Shown piece after piece: positions 25,875-39,908 of a stretch of DNA of 64,000 nt (positions within the stretch are counted from its first letter, which is position 1; each line of letters begins with the position of its first letter). The stretch lies in contig JAQFVV010000001.1 of the NCBI GenBank assembly GCA_028023455.1, positions 11,842,001 through 11,906,000 on the forward strand, given 5' to 3'. The notes beneath the pieces are model-generated. The model searched no databases and was not told the DNA's origin. It saw nothing but the letters and a program-made list of their open reading frames with translations. The DNA is from Epiperipatus broadwayi. Taxonomy: Eukaryota; Animalia; Onychophora. The position numbers were made by a program, and so were the translations under genes.

Positions 25875-27608
25875 TGAAACAAGCATGCTTGTTTCACATG
25901 TGCATGTATTTTAAAAAAACTACTTTACCCTCTCACCTTAAAAAACAGGTGCACTGGTTTAAACGAAAGTTACAACAAATAAAATATAGGGGGCTGAGCT
26001 GTCTAATCAATCCGGAGATGAGTGCAAAATAGTGGAGTGGGAGTTAAGAACATTCGTTCAGTCATTCATTGTAAGAAAAGTGAATGGTGAAAAATTCAGT
26101 TTTTTTTATCAGTTATTTCACTATTTAACTAACAGCTGAGCGTTTTAACCTTAGAAGATAATATTTACAGTCACCATTAATGATGAAAAAGGAAAGAATT
26201 AGTATGGAAATCATAACAATGAAAGAATAATCCCTTGGCTTTCTCTCTTTCTCTGCACCATGAACCGCCAATCTTGCCTGTTTCAACATCATGAAAAATA
26301 CCAACACTGTTCAGCTTAAATACAATGCCCTTTTTTTGTTTTGTGTAGGCATTAACTTGCTACTTGAAGTGAAGGAAGAAATGGATAAGATAAGGTAACA
26401 ATTTCATAAATATTCGATACGTATATGTATTTATAAGAAAACAAAAAATTTTTCTTTGCAAAAGATATTAACTTAGTCAAAAGTTGACAATGTTTTTTTT
26501 TTTTTTTGCTTTCCCTTAATTGAAAACACACAAGAAATGAAAATCGTGTTATTTAATTAAAACACATGTATATTCCATTAGTTAAATGCTAATTATTTTA
26601 TAAATTATATATGTGTACTATTTAAAATACTTCTAAAAACCCTGGAATAAATAGTTAAAACATTTGCTTAGTAATATCGTACGTATATCTATTTTCAATG
26701 ATTCTATGGACTAAAATTACTAATCAATAAGTATGTGCGTATAAATTATATATGCATACTGCTTAAAATACTTCCCAAAACCCCCGGAATAAATGTTCAA
26801 GAATTTTTGCTTGGACAATCTATTGGAAATGCATCTGTAATCTTCTCATCACTTGAACTGAAAAGTGAGTTTTGCTTGGACAATCTATTGGAAATACATC
26901 TGTTATCTTCTCATCACTTGAACTGAAAAATGAGTTTTGCTTGGACAATCTATTGGAAATGCATCTGTAATCTTCTCATCACTTGAACTGAAAAGTGAGT
27001 TTTGCTTGGACAATCTATTGGAAATACATCTGTTATCTTCTCATCACTTGAACTGAAAAATGAGTTTTGCTTGGACAATCTATTGGAAATGCATCTGTAA
27101 TCTTCTCATCACTTGAACTGAAAAATGAGTCTTGCTTGGAGAATCTACTTGAAATGTATTCTTTTACTCTTCTTCTCATTATAGGAAATATATTAGAAGG
27201 ACTTACATATTAATTGTTATTAAATGAAATTGTTACTTAAAATTCATTTTGGTTCCAGTTGTTCAATTCTATTTTGTTTTTGTTGCATCACTCGTTATTC
27301 ATTGCACTGATTCACAAGAATCTCATGCCTGCCGAGCTACATCTGGCATAACTAGACCTAGGTAAGTAAGGTTGTAGTGAGATGGAACTCTAGTGGCGCC
27401 GTTTGGAAAACCAAACATATAAATATCTAGATGCTTCCGGCCTCTATGGTGCTACATCCTCTGATGAGCAGGAAATATTGTTGTGGGGGGGGGGATTAAC
27501 ATCTGCATTGGGTAATGCCAATTGATAGTTCCTTCCTGCAACATGCTCATCAGGAAATAAATACAACTGAAGTAATAAAAGGGTTGTGTGTAGGGGGGTC
27601 CGGTTACA
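25875..27608 (+). mobile_element. Solo LTR (1734 bp), same lineage as the LTRs of the 44030-50464 element
   Basis: TGAAACAAGCATGC...GGTCCGGTTACA with ATAT on both sides. 27230-27608 aligns at roughly 80% (by eye) to the reverse complement of 44030-44420. Confidence 0.88.
26805..27150. repeat. 65-bp tandem array (5 units plus a partial) inside the solo LTR
   Basis: GCTTGGACAATC recurs at 26809, 26874, 26939, 27004, 27069 and, as a variant, 27134. Two variants alternate, giving a 130-bp higher-order period. Confidence 0.95.
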
Positions 27609-30596
27609 ATATATTATAATGTTCTTAGTTTTTTTTTAATAATTGTAGGCACATCTATCTTCTGAACAGAATTGGTATAGAACTAATAAAAAAGTAAATA
27701 ATGCCTGCTAGAAGAAAAGTGGCATTAGATCCTAAAGATCCAGGTCCACAGTTCCAAGATCCAAAGCTACTCACTGTTGATAGCTATAAGTTGAAAACTA
27801 GTCTGGAGATATTAGAGACATCAGCACTGGCTAATGATTTATTAAAAGCTATCACTATTAGTTACTAAAGTTTACATAAGTTGACATAGCTGTGATGATA
27901 GAAAAAGAATATGCTGTAGAAACAGTGATATGTAGATTGGAATCATGCTATTTTTACCTTATAAAGTGAAATGGTAATATTGGCACATATCCTGTTTCAT
28001 GTACTATGTTCTATAGTAGTAATTATTCTAGGTTTAAACCTCACCAAATACACGTATATCTGTGTAGTACATATGTCTACATAATTTTATATGTTAAATT
28101 AAACGCATGTCTGTGTAAACATCGTTATATATGTATGGACACACTTATGTATATGTGAGAGAGCTGTGATGTGAAATTGATTGTATATGTATAAATTTAT
28201 TCATTATTTGACTTAAGAATCATATATGTATTTTCAATTCCACAGGTGATCAAAAGTGAATAATGTTACATGTTTCATAATTTATTTACTATTTTAAATT
28301 ATTGATTAGTTTTAAATTTTTTAAAATGAAAAGTTGCAAAAGATTGCATCATATTTTGCTTCTTAGCAAGAGGGGGGAGAAATCTAAAATACAATTAGAG
28401 AAAATTTAAAACTTTTTTTCTCTCTCTCTCTCTTTTTATAAAGAAAACTTTTATAGTATATAAAATAAACAAATGTGAAATTAGACTAAAAGTTAGTCTA
28501 TAAATAAAATATTTCTAAAATTTTCAAAAATGTAATTAATTACTTTATAAGATTTCTGATTAAATCGTATTAATTAAAAAACTGTAAACTATGTTATCAA
28601 GATCGTTTAGATGAATCTGAACAGATTAAGATTAAATCAAATGTAAAAATCAATTAATTAAAGAAATATAAAATTAATTAAAAGATATTCAAGTCAAGAT
28701 AAAATAAAACAATGAGAGAGTTAACATATAAAAGTTATATCTTGGTTATTATTCTTCAGTCAGGGCTGCAATCTGCTAGATCATTCGTCAGTTCGGATTA
28801 TTATTCAGTTTGGACAGAATGCAGAATCCAAACAACCAGAGATCCAGATATTTGGAAACCGTAAACGCAGTAGTAAGTCAGTCGATCTAGCATCATGCGT
28901 TGCTAGACAACTAGGATATTCAGCTGGGCTTCAGGCTCCAAAAACCCTCAACAAAAAGAAAATCAAATGAACCAATATCCAGAACAATGCCTAGAGTGAG
29001 TAAACATTGCCACAAATTCTCCCATTGTCAACACGAATGAAAAATAAGCCCTGGAACCATTGATGGAGACCAAAAAGCCAACTGGTTGGAAAGTGACAAT
29101 CATAAAAACCTAGGTAATGATACTTTTAAATATATTCTAATCACAGTCTAGACTTTATTTTAAATGAATGAACGTTAATTAACAGACTATTATAACTAGT
29201 CTAAAGTCATTTATATTTTTCTTATGTCAAATCTTTTATTGTTATAGTATGTTAAATATATGTGTGTGTAAATAAATATTAATGTTTGCTATAATTGTTA
29301 TTTTGTCTTTTCTCTTTCTCTCTTGTCACTACGTCACCAATAAATTAGTGTAGGATTACTTTATGAGTAAAGTAAATATGCTGCATCCTGAGACAGAGTG
29401 TGAGCTAGTCATGGGATGTCAAGCCCTGGATTGCATGCCTGTCATCCAAAGCATGCTGATTATATAACTTATGATTGGCTGGCACCTGAGGTTGATCCTC
29501 AAAACAAATAAAATATTTTGGATGGCAAGGTTTGAATCTAGCAGTCGAGGTAGGCCATAGTCTGAAAATATGATCATGTTATACTTTGCATAGCTTGATC
29601 TGACCATGGGTATCATTGATGGTTTATGCTGTCAATGGTATTCTCCCCTCTACTTAAAGGGCCATTCCATTCATATAATATTAAAAATATAAATTAAAAA
29701 TTATGTTAAAAGGTGTTTAAACCCAAATAAATTATATCTTTTAAATGGACCCGGTTCAATATATAACGAAAATGTTCATACAGAAACTATCTGGTTTCTA
29801 AAAATATTAAATAGTTCTTAAAAAGATCACACCACACACATCTATTTTAGATTTGCGTGGTGGTCAAATATAAATCTTAAAATAACAAATTTTAAAGTAT
29901 ATCTTGGACAAAGCAAACACAACCATGCAACACTATTTTCTTTTTGCTAGGGAATCACTTTGTTTTTACTAGGATGTCAATGTTAAATTTAAAAGTTAAT
30001 AAAGAAATGTTAAATTTAAAGATTAAAAATTAGAAGTTGTAAACAAGTTAATGGATTTTTATGCTGTAAAACCTAGGAATTAGCAAATATGACCGGAGGC
30101 TCAGAAATCTAGTATATAAACCCCAATTTTCAGCACTCTAGATCTCTTATAAAATAATCCAAGTTGCCACTGAGAGCTATGCCCATTGAAAATTAGACAT
30201 AAGTGACTAGGAAGGCCCCAACTTTGCTGTCTTTCTATGGAAGAACAGTGACCTGCCTGTCCTATAGGCTGTATATCATCACTATGGAAATGGAGGAGAT
30301 CAGTACCATCAGCTGCCACAAAAGACATCAAGGGAAGACAATCTGTTCAGAGAAGTGACAATGCCCATTACAAATGCCGGAGACTTCATCTATAGAAGAT
30401 ATTGGTAATATCTTCACTGCAGGGCTCTATAAATCTATTTAAACTTCTAACTATGAACATCCATAAAATCATAATTCTTAAATAATTAAATAGTTATCAA
30501 ATTAAATTTATAAATGTAAACTGTAAAAGCTTGCCTATCAATGTAACTTCAAAAATAAGTTTCTTAATTGTAATAATAAATCAATATAATACTTCT

Positions 30597-31632
30597 GTTA
30601 ATACAATTTATAAAATACAATACAATAATTCATCAATTGCTAAAACAGAATCATTAATATAAATAAAATAACTATTGCCAAGCACTTTCAAGTCCTTATC
30701 AAGGCAGTAAAAAACTTCTATTTTCTCCTAAGTGATAATTTATAGCACAAGATGAATTTTATATAAGATATGATTCTTTAATCTTGCATTTTTTATCATG
30801 TATTTCATGCATTAATATTGCAAAATCCTTTTGACTACATATATGGTCTGTACTATTTTGGTGAATTTAAAAAGCTGAATAAACTCATCTTCCCTTGCTA
30901 TAATATATGTATATGCTGTTGAAGGCGATATTTAATATTTGTCTTGGTTTCCCCAATATATATTGCACTGCAATTTATCTGTGGGAATCTAATAGAATAC
31001 ACAACACTGCTTTTATCCTCTTTACTTATTATTCCCTTAGAATTATTTATTAATCTATTAAAATTAGGTGAAGTCCTCCATGCCAACCAGAAATCCTGAC
31101 TTAAAACTCATTATATTTTTATTAATAAATAATTCTAAGGGAGTAATAAGTAAAGAGGATAAAAGCAGTGTTGTGTATTCTATTAGATGCCCACGGATAA
31201 ATTGTAGTGCAATATATATTGTGGAAACCAAGACAAATATTAAATATTGCCTTCAACAGCATAAATATACATATATTAGAGCAAGGGAAGATGATACAGT
31301 TTATTCAGCTTCTTATGTTCACCAAAATAGTTCATGTCTTATATGTAGTCCAAAGGATTTTGCAATATTAATGCATGAAACATGATAAAAAACAGAAGGT
31401 TAAAGAATCATATCTTACACAAAATTTATCTTGTGCAGTTTTCCTATTAGTTGTTCCTGGTCAATGCAATAAAATGTTGAATTTATCGCTTAGGAGAAAA
31501 TATGAGTTTTTTACTGCCTTGATAAGGTCTTGTAGGAGTTGAAAGCACTTGACAATAGTTATTTTATTTATATTAATAATTCTCTGTTTTAGCAATTGAC
31601 AAATTGTTATATTGTATTTTAATTGTAATAAC
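30597..31632. mobile_element. Penelope-like GIY-YIG/3' fragment present as an inverted pair
   Basis: ORFs 30898-31086(-) and 31068-31385(+) encode the same VVYSIR..INCSAIYI(G/V)ETKTNIKY.LQQH segment. Arms ~30597-31054 and ~31121-31632, spacer ~66 bp. Confidence 0.88.
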
Positions 31633-33322
31633 TAAATTATTTATTAATTTAATCCTTTCTATAATCTGCGGTCATGCCTAAGTTTTATTAATTTCATTTT
31701 AAATTTATATGATATTCTATGCCACCATTTCAAAGCAGGGAGAATTAATATAAATCTTTGGGGAGAGATGATTAGAAGCTCTCCACTGAGATGTTGTTTC
31801 ATTGCTTTTTTAGTAAACATAAATCGCTGCTTTGAAATCTATTCTTACATAACAGACCGCTACATATTCGTTGTTATATACATATATGTTTTACTTAAGC
31901 TACCATGTATTAGCTTGTTAATAAGGTTTACAATATTATATATTAGTTAAATAATGTCCAGAGATGATATTGTAAGCATATTTGTAATTATTAATAAAAC
32001 CTCGAAATATGCTTTTCCTTCCCTAGTTAATTATAAAGGGATATATATAGATTCCATTATTACAACTAGATTGCTGTTAATGAACCCCTCTTAACATGAT
32101 TAATGTATGCTAATTTGAGAACTGAGTCAAGGTAGTTTCTGCTGAATGAAATTATAGAATTTAGCACATTTAAATTTGTTTTAAATATTAGTATTATTTA
32201 TAAGGATTACAAATGTGTTTTTACTAAACACTTGTGTATTATGCCATTCTATACTTTTTTTAAATAGGCTCATAGTGACAGGCCACCCCATTATTTGGTT
32301 CAGATAGCTAGACTCCTAGAACTGGAACATAAGAATCCAGAATCATATTTACAGCTGCTCCAACACACTGAATTAAATGTTCTTTATTATGCTAGCAAGT
32401 TGTATGGTCCAAGGGAACCGAGTACCACAATCCTTATTTTAGTATTTAGCACCATAGTATCAGAAGCCCAGCTACAATAACCAGTTTGTTCCATGTACTA
32501 GTTAACTTCAGCATTGGTCCAAACCTGGAATTTGGTTTGTCAAGGGAATCTATATACGAGCGTATTTATGGCTCACTGATAGTATTGTAGAATTAGCAAC
32601 TTAAGGCTATATATTATATCCTGATAATGCTTGGCTTATAGCTACCAAACCCTGGTGAAAGTTGTCATACCATACATATAGGCATAAATCTTGATCGCAG
32701 ACAGTAAATATATGTATAAAATGCATTCTTAGTAAGATGAGACTTCTATACTTTAGTTATCTCGTCATTGTTGTAATGCCTGTGTGCATAAAACCCTGCA
32801 ACCCATGCACATTTTTTTGTTATTATGGTAATCAGTTTGTTTATTTTTAGTTATTAAAGATATTTAAATTTAATATTGTTTAGTGTGTCTCTCGCAGTCT
32901 GCTCCAAAACAGATACAAATCAATTCCCAAATCAATTCTAACTCAAATCTAAGTTAAGTATAATATTATTAATATATATACACCTAAACCTCAGTGATTG
33001 GCTACTTAGCAATATTTCATAATAGTGATCATCATCAATTTGTACCCACTACTTCGATTTACAATTGATCGTATAATGGTCGGGAAAATTTTTTTTAAAA
33101 TTTTTTTTAGCAGCCATCTTGAATTTTGTGTCACTGGTGATGTCAGAGAATAGGTATTTTAAAGTCATTTTACCCATACAGGTAATGACTTTGCTGAAAT
33201 TATATAGCACATACAATATTTTATTCATAAAACAATGTTAGTGCTGCATTCAGTATTTTGATTACAGAAGTATAAACTTAAAATATATATAATTAATGAA
33301 TCTATAGTACTATATACTGTAC

Positions 33323-33433
33323 ATATAAGTGTTGAATGTCTTTAGAAAAATTAAACTTTATTTAAATGTAATGTACAGTACTTGGATTATTTAAATAAAG
33401 TTTAATTTTTCTAAAGACATTCAACACTTATAT
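33323..33433. repeat. Perfect 45-bp inverted repeat with 21-nt spacer
   Basis: ATATAAGTGTTGAATGTCTTTAGAAAAATTAAACTTTATTTAAAT at 33323-33367 and its exact reverse complement at 33389-33433. Confidence 0.95.
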
Positions 33434-36400
33434 TAAATGATGAAATAGTCCAATATATAAATATGGTACAGTACAACTAAAATACCATCATCACAAACTT
33501 TCAGGAAAACACTAAATACGAATATTAAACTGCATGTGTGTGTTTCTTAATTACTGTATATTATTTTTAGAACCCCTGGTTATTTATGTAAAAATAGTTA
33601 TTGATTTTGTAACTTCATTAAAAATGTTGTTTACACCCAAGTGGTTTCAAATCAAAAGAAAAACAACATTTTAAAACACGAATGTTGAATTAGAAAAAAG
33701 TTTAAAAAGAAAAACAGATTGCATTTAAAATAAGTGCTAATGAATAATTTTTTAATATGTACTTTATTCCTAAGTTAGTGTAATTTTTTAGCTTTAGGAA
33801 CTGACCAATTTTTTTCCCATAAACCCTCATTATAAATCTGTATTCTTGCTTAATGATAAGTTTTGGGGAACCAATTGCCATCACTAAGGGGGCTAAAAAT
33901 ATATATGCATTATCTTAGTAAGCCATAAGTGTTGAAATGTGTCTTTAGTATTGATTATTATTAAATTATTACCCATTCCACTGAGTCTCATGTTCCACCC
34001 TCTTCTCAGCCAGCTCGTGAATTAAGTTGAGACCAAGTGTAACCTCATATATGTCATCCGTATGGTATTAAATCACACAGTGCTGGTAAATGAGTTGAAG
34101 TGTGATCAGGTTTGAGGTCTCGTTCCCTCATCTGGATCAGGTTTAGTGTAATTTTCCTGAACTCTGGATTTTGTTGCCTGGATATACAAATATGATCATT
34201 ACAAAAGGGACATCATTACAAATCAGTATATGTGCAATGTGTTAAATATATATAAACTATATATTATGACAATTCATGATGGATATAGATGTTCATTTAT
34301 ATATCATAAGAGAGAAATATATAATATATATTTGGAGAAGTAGAGGAAATAATAAAGCTTTTTTTTCTTTATAGATTATATAAACACATATTTCTATTTA
34401 TTTATTTTCAATTTACAGTTAATTAATTAATCATGAGTAACATTTTTATGTATATTTCATTCATCTACGTATTTTGCTTGTTGTAAAAATTAGTATCCTA
34501 ATGATGTTTCAACTTTGGACCTATCAGTCTAATGATTGGGCAGTACTGGTCAAAATATTGAAATAATAATTTAATATTATGTACATATGAACAAATCCAG
34601 AATACATGATTAAATCTTTGATTATTAAACTTGCTTAAAATCAAAAGAACTTTCTTTTGATTATAAATCTTATTTTGTAAAATAAAATAAATGTGATTCA
34701 CAAACAATAAAATGAACAAATTGAAGTCTTTGCCATAGATTTAAATTCAAGGTATTAAAGAACTTTATTCTCCAGAAGAGGTGAAGCTGTAATCACAACA
34801 GCCATTAAATAAAATCAGAACTTTGGATTAAACAGACCTTATCTATTGGAGTTCGCATGTCATTATATATTGATATACATTTTTCGATAAACAATAGTGT
34901 TTTGACAGTGTTCTACTATTAGAAGAAATCCAATTAAAGAAATGTTGAAAAAGTATTTACCAAAAACAAAATCCATATCTCATTACTATCTATGTAAACA
35001 CCCTACAATTTAAATTTATTATGAGCATAATTATAGTTTTGTAAATCATATGTATGAATTTTTTTGCAAATGATATGAGAATATTTAAGTTATCTAAATA
35101 ATTATTAATAGCAAGTGTGTAAAGTTGCTATTAATGTATATATTATTAATTTATTGTAAAATATATAGAATCATTTCTTTTATTTATTAATTTCTTTTCT
35201 TTTATATATAAAAAGGGATTTTTTTTAAAATTGAAACTGATACATTTATATCATATTAATCTGTTTCATATTTTGATACTATAATGGTATAAGTGTCGAA
35301 GACTTACATTCTGTAACTGAATCAGAATTTGAGGATAGAAAAAGTGGAATTTTATAAAATATAACATTCTTGGCTCCCAATATTCTATGTCGTTTAAAGA
35401 ATAATTAACAAGGAAAAGCATGAAGGCATACTAAGAAAGAAATACGTACATTCACATATGTAAAAATAATAAAGCAGGAAAAACAATCAGTCTTATCAAA
35501 TACCTATAAAAGGTAAAAAATATACAAGTGTATTTGAGTGAAAAGATGACTGATTAACTGCCTGTAACCCCATCTTAAAAATCAACATGTTACATCATAT
35601 CATAATTTAGCTCTCCATCACAAAAATTTTAGTACATTAGCATATCTAAATCATGAGTTATGATTGAAATGTGACATTGCATCTCATCTTAAATGATGAT
35701 TGTTAAAACTTTATAACTAGATATAAGCTGAGTTTTTGTCATTTATATAAATCAAATAAAACCACTGCATTAGAGTGTAAAATTTCACATTTAATTTTAA
35801 AAAACTAGTAAACTTTCAATACACTAGCATTGATCTTCTAACAAATTATAATACTTCAAATTCAATCAACTCTAATTAAAAACTCAAATGCTAATTTTTC
35901 TGAATAATGTAATCACTGCATATATGACATTAAATTGGACCATTTAATTTAATTTATTGCAATAACTATCCTGATCAAATTAAAAATATCCTAAAGCCAA
36001 CATTAATTCATTAAATTTCTCCATACATGGCCATAATATACATTTTTTAACATTTCTTTTTCTTTCTTATAGTTATTAGTTAATTTTAAATATCCCACAT
36101 ATCTATTTATTGTAACAGATTGGTCTGAGAACCACCTGAGTTTGTGCTGATAAGTAATAAAATTTTACATGAATTAATTCTCTTAGAATTATTAATGTAA
36201 GTTTTTTGTATGGAAATATATTACTCCTTTGACCTAAAATTTTCCTTTTATAATCATTTTCAAATTATAAATCGAGCATTAGTTCATTTTTAAGCATTAT
36301 TTTAATGCGTGTTGTTAGCTTAAAAAAACAATTATCTATTTTTTTCTTGATTAAATCAATTCAGTTTCTTTTCTTGCATATACAGTCTGTGTCACGAGCA

Positions 36401-37548
36401 TCTTATATGTTATGTATATTGTCCTGTATTCCCATTGTTTAAGTATTTTAATTTCTAAGTCTCTTTAATAAATTTTTTTTTAAAATTAATGTAATAATTT
36501 AAGTTTAAATCCCATTTTTCTTTGTTACTCTCTTATATTATAATAATTTGGTCAATTGAATATCAACTACTCTTATATTGTAGTCAAAAGATTTAACATA
36601 AAAAAAAACACATGTCATAATGTACTTATGATATAATTAATGTTATAATTTATTTTTACATAACAAAGTGTGTTAATAGAGTAGTTATGCCTTTAATTAT
36701 GTTTTGTTTCAAACCTCTTTGTTTTTAATAGATTGGGACCGTACTCTTACCTTTCCCCATCCTCAAAGGATTAAAATGGACTGTAGGGGTTTTAATCCTC
36801 AATTAATATAAGTTATGATTTTATTGTTTAAACCTTGCTTAATCTTTCTTTATGATGTTTGATAACAAATAGCTTTCTTTTATAACCCTTTAATTTGAGA
36901 AAGCTTGATTTCCTTCTTTTCCCATTGAATTTGTGAGAAATTGACAAAGTCAACTATAACTATTTCATTCTCATGGTGACATCACATGTTAAGGTGATTG
37001 GGCTTTTGGTATGATACATCATGCATATATAAAAATATAATAGGGTATAGCTTGTGGAATTTGATTTATGTAATGGGTTTGATTGTGGGTGTTTGTAGAG
37101 CTCTTTTTTTTAAAGTTAAATTTTCAAACTATTCCCATACTTAGGTTTTAATATTCTTGAATTATAAGTGCCCCTTATCTCATCTCCACAGTCCAATCAG
37201 TATGCATTGGAACCTGAGCATTTCATGATCTTATATGGCTCCTCATATGCATTGCAGAATTTATGGAAAATGAATTTCTGTGGCTTGCTGGTGTAATGTG
37301 TTTTGACAAAAACCATTTCTCCTATCTGGAGTTGATGATTTGACTTCACTTGATTTTTGTTGCACTTATTTGCCATGCACTTGATTTGGTCACAGGCTTT
37401 TCTCTGATCCTCTTTGTGATCTATTGGAGTTTTTGTGGATATGGGTTTACAGGTTTAAACAAACTTGGGACATTTTGTTTTAAGTGTAATCTGATTTGGG
37501 TGTAAACCGTGGATTCATTCACACTCCAATTAACATACTCAGTTAGGA

Positions 37549-38612
37549 CCCTTTGCATGCTTCACCTACCCCTTATGTATTTCCTCTAAATAAATCTTAA
37601 ACAAATATCCAAGTTCCCACATGATGTATTCACATTGGTTTGATTGCGGATTTCTTCTACCATTTCTTCCACTCTTTGGATAAGAAAGGGGTACCATGAT
37701 CTGTTAGGATCATTTCCAATTTCCCTATTTCTTTGAACTGGAGGATGCCTAATACTTTGATTGTATAGTAAGCTGACATGAATTTTGAAAAGTGATCATA
37801 AGCTACTGACCAATATCTTTGTTTATTAGATGGTGATAAAGGTCTGTAGCTAAGATTTCATTTGGTCTTCCTGGTATTATATATTTAATCGAACTGATAT
37901 AACTTTGGTTTACTGGCTTTGCCCTCATGCATGCTTGACATTTCTGGATTACCTTTAAGGTGTCTGTACATTCTAGCCTAATAAATCAATTTTTAAATGT
38001 CTTCTATTTTATAGGATCTGTAGTCCTCATATAAACAATGTATATATTGTATGAATGATTCGTTTAGAACCCTTTGCATGCTTCACCCACCCCTTTTGTC
38101 TTTCCTCTAAATAAATCTTAAACAAATGTCCAAGTTTCTACATGATGCATTCACATTGGTTTGATTGCGAATTTCTTCTACCATTTCTTCCATTCTTTGG
38201 ATAAGAAAGGGGTACCATGATTTTATAGGATCATTTCCTGTTTTCATATTTCTTTAACTGGAGGATCCCTAATACTTTGATTATATATCTAGTATTAGCT
38301 TAGGATATCGATAAACTGACATGAATTTTGAAAAGTGATCATAAGCCAATGACAGATATCTTTGTTTATTAGATGGTGGTAAAGGTCCATAGAAGTCTTT
38401 AGCTAAGATTTCATTTGGTCTTCTTGATATTATATATTTAATTGAACTGATATAACTTTGGTTTACTGGCTTTGCCTCATGCACACTTGACATTTCTGGA
38501 TCACCTTTAAGGTATCTGTACATTCCAGACCAGTAAAATCAAATTTAAATGTCTGTTCTATTTTATAGGATCTGTAGTGCTCATATAAACAATGTACTTA
38601 TTGTATGAATGA
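37549..38612. repeat. ~520-550-bp tandem duplication within the integrase region
   Basis: CCCTTTGCATGCTTCACC...TTGTATGAATGA starts at 37549 and again at 38070; the copies have diverged. Confidence 0.9.
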
Positions 38613-39155
38613 GTTTTTTAGCCTGTCAGGTATCACTACCCTCCACTCATCTGTCTCATTGTTTCCTAACTTGTATTGTTTAAAATCATCAGTCATATAT
38701 AGAACTGATTAGGCTGTAGGTTATGAATATTTACCAAATTGTTCTCTACATTCCTATTGAATATTGCATCAATGTTAGTAAGTAGGCATTGTCTATGGAC
38801 AGGTGTCATTCTGGCCCACATAGATTTCGACTTAACACATCAGCTACTACATCTTCAGATCCTTTACAGTATTGGACTGTATAGTTGAATTCTTGTATCA
38901 ACAAGCCCCATCTAGCCATTTGTCTGTAAGTAGGGTAGCTGCAATTCAAGAATTTGTGATCACTATTACCATGATCTGAGCAGCATCTGACGAAATTTTT
39001 GGAAAGCCCATACTATTGCTAGTGCCTCTTTCACTGTAAACATAAAATTTAATTCTGGATCCTTCAGCAGGTGACTAATGAAATAGAGGACACCAGGTTG
39101 GCCATCCTCCTGTATTTGGGATAATGTCACCCCTATCTGTTTATATGATGGTTTA

Positions 39156-39908
39156 TTAAAATTGCTCTAGAAATTCTGTTTTAATTTCCTCAAATGCTTT
39201 GTCCTGTTCATTGGCCCAATTCCATTTTTCATCTTTTCTGATGAGTTTCAACAATGGTTCCATGCCATCAGAATTTTTTGTAAGTCCCAAAAATGATTGA
39301 ATTAGTTTATTTGTAGGCTTTGGAAAGTCCTCTATGGCACTTATATTATTGGGATAAGGTCTCATCCCACTGCTATCAATGATATGTCCTAAGAAAGTCA
39401 CTCCACTACTCATTAGGGTTCTTTTCTTAAAATTGACTTTGATCCCTTTATCATAGCATTCTTTAAAGAATTTTTCCAAATATTGAAAGTGTTCTTTAAC
39501 AGTAGATGAGGCAGTTATGACATCATCCACATAAATAGTGGTCATTTTCTTGATCTCAGGAGAGTTTGATCCAGTCTTTTGATTAGACCAATGCCACTAT
39601 TTATCAATTCGAACAGCATTCAATTAAACTGATATGGAATGCCTCATCCTGGAAAATGGTATATTGGTGATCCTCTGTATAGAGTTATATCTGCCAATAG
39701 CTGGAGTTAAGTTGAAAGTAGAGAATACTTTCTTCCCAAATCTCATAAACAGTTTGTAGATGGGCATTGGTATATTCCTGTCAGGAATGGTAATTTTGTT
39801 TAGTTGCCTAACATCTAGACAAAATCTGATTGACCCCTCTTTTTTCACTGTCACTACAGGATTGCTGTATGGTGAAGAGCATTTGGAAATAATCACCCAC
39901 TCGAGCAT
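39156..39908 (-). pseudogene. Frameshifted reverse-transcriptase fragments of the 36111-43821 gypsy element
   Basis: ORFs 39624-39908 and 39156-39545 carry RT motifs (NPVVTVKK..RFCLD; IYVDDV; VTFLGHII; IQSFLGL). Confidence 0.9.

Noticed and set aside
26349-26394. Exon-like segment tgtag|...|gtaaca reading GINLLLEVKEEMDKI
   Set aside because: It lies inside the 25875-27608 solo LTR at a position homologous to non-coding LTR sequence near 45620-45700, and has no partner exons.
27461-27475. CTGATGA-GCAG-GAAA as a hammerhead core in the LTR
   Set aside because: No stem II can form in four nucleotides, and the CTGATGAGCA is instead paired with a downstream inverted copy.
27640-29660. GC-richer patches, including a 55-aa ORF MPARRKVALDPK and LINE-like stretches
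   Set aside because: Probably old TE debris, but I could not define boundaries, orientation or diagnostic motifs.
30060-30360. 76-aa minus-strand ORF with slight pogo DDE resemblance
   Set aside because: Too degenerate to support a call; no TIRs or catalytic residues identified.
34498-35002. Possible minus-strand gene (73-aa ORF and MDFVFGKYFF... signal-peptide-like start)
   Set aside because: I could not assemble a consistent spliced frame; stops occur in every join tried and no family is recognisable.
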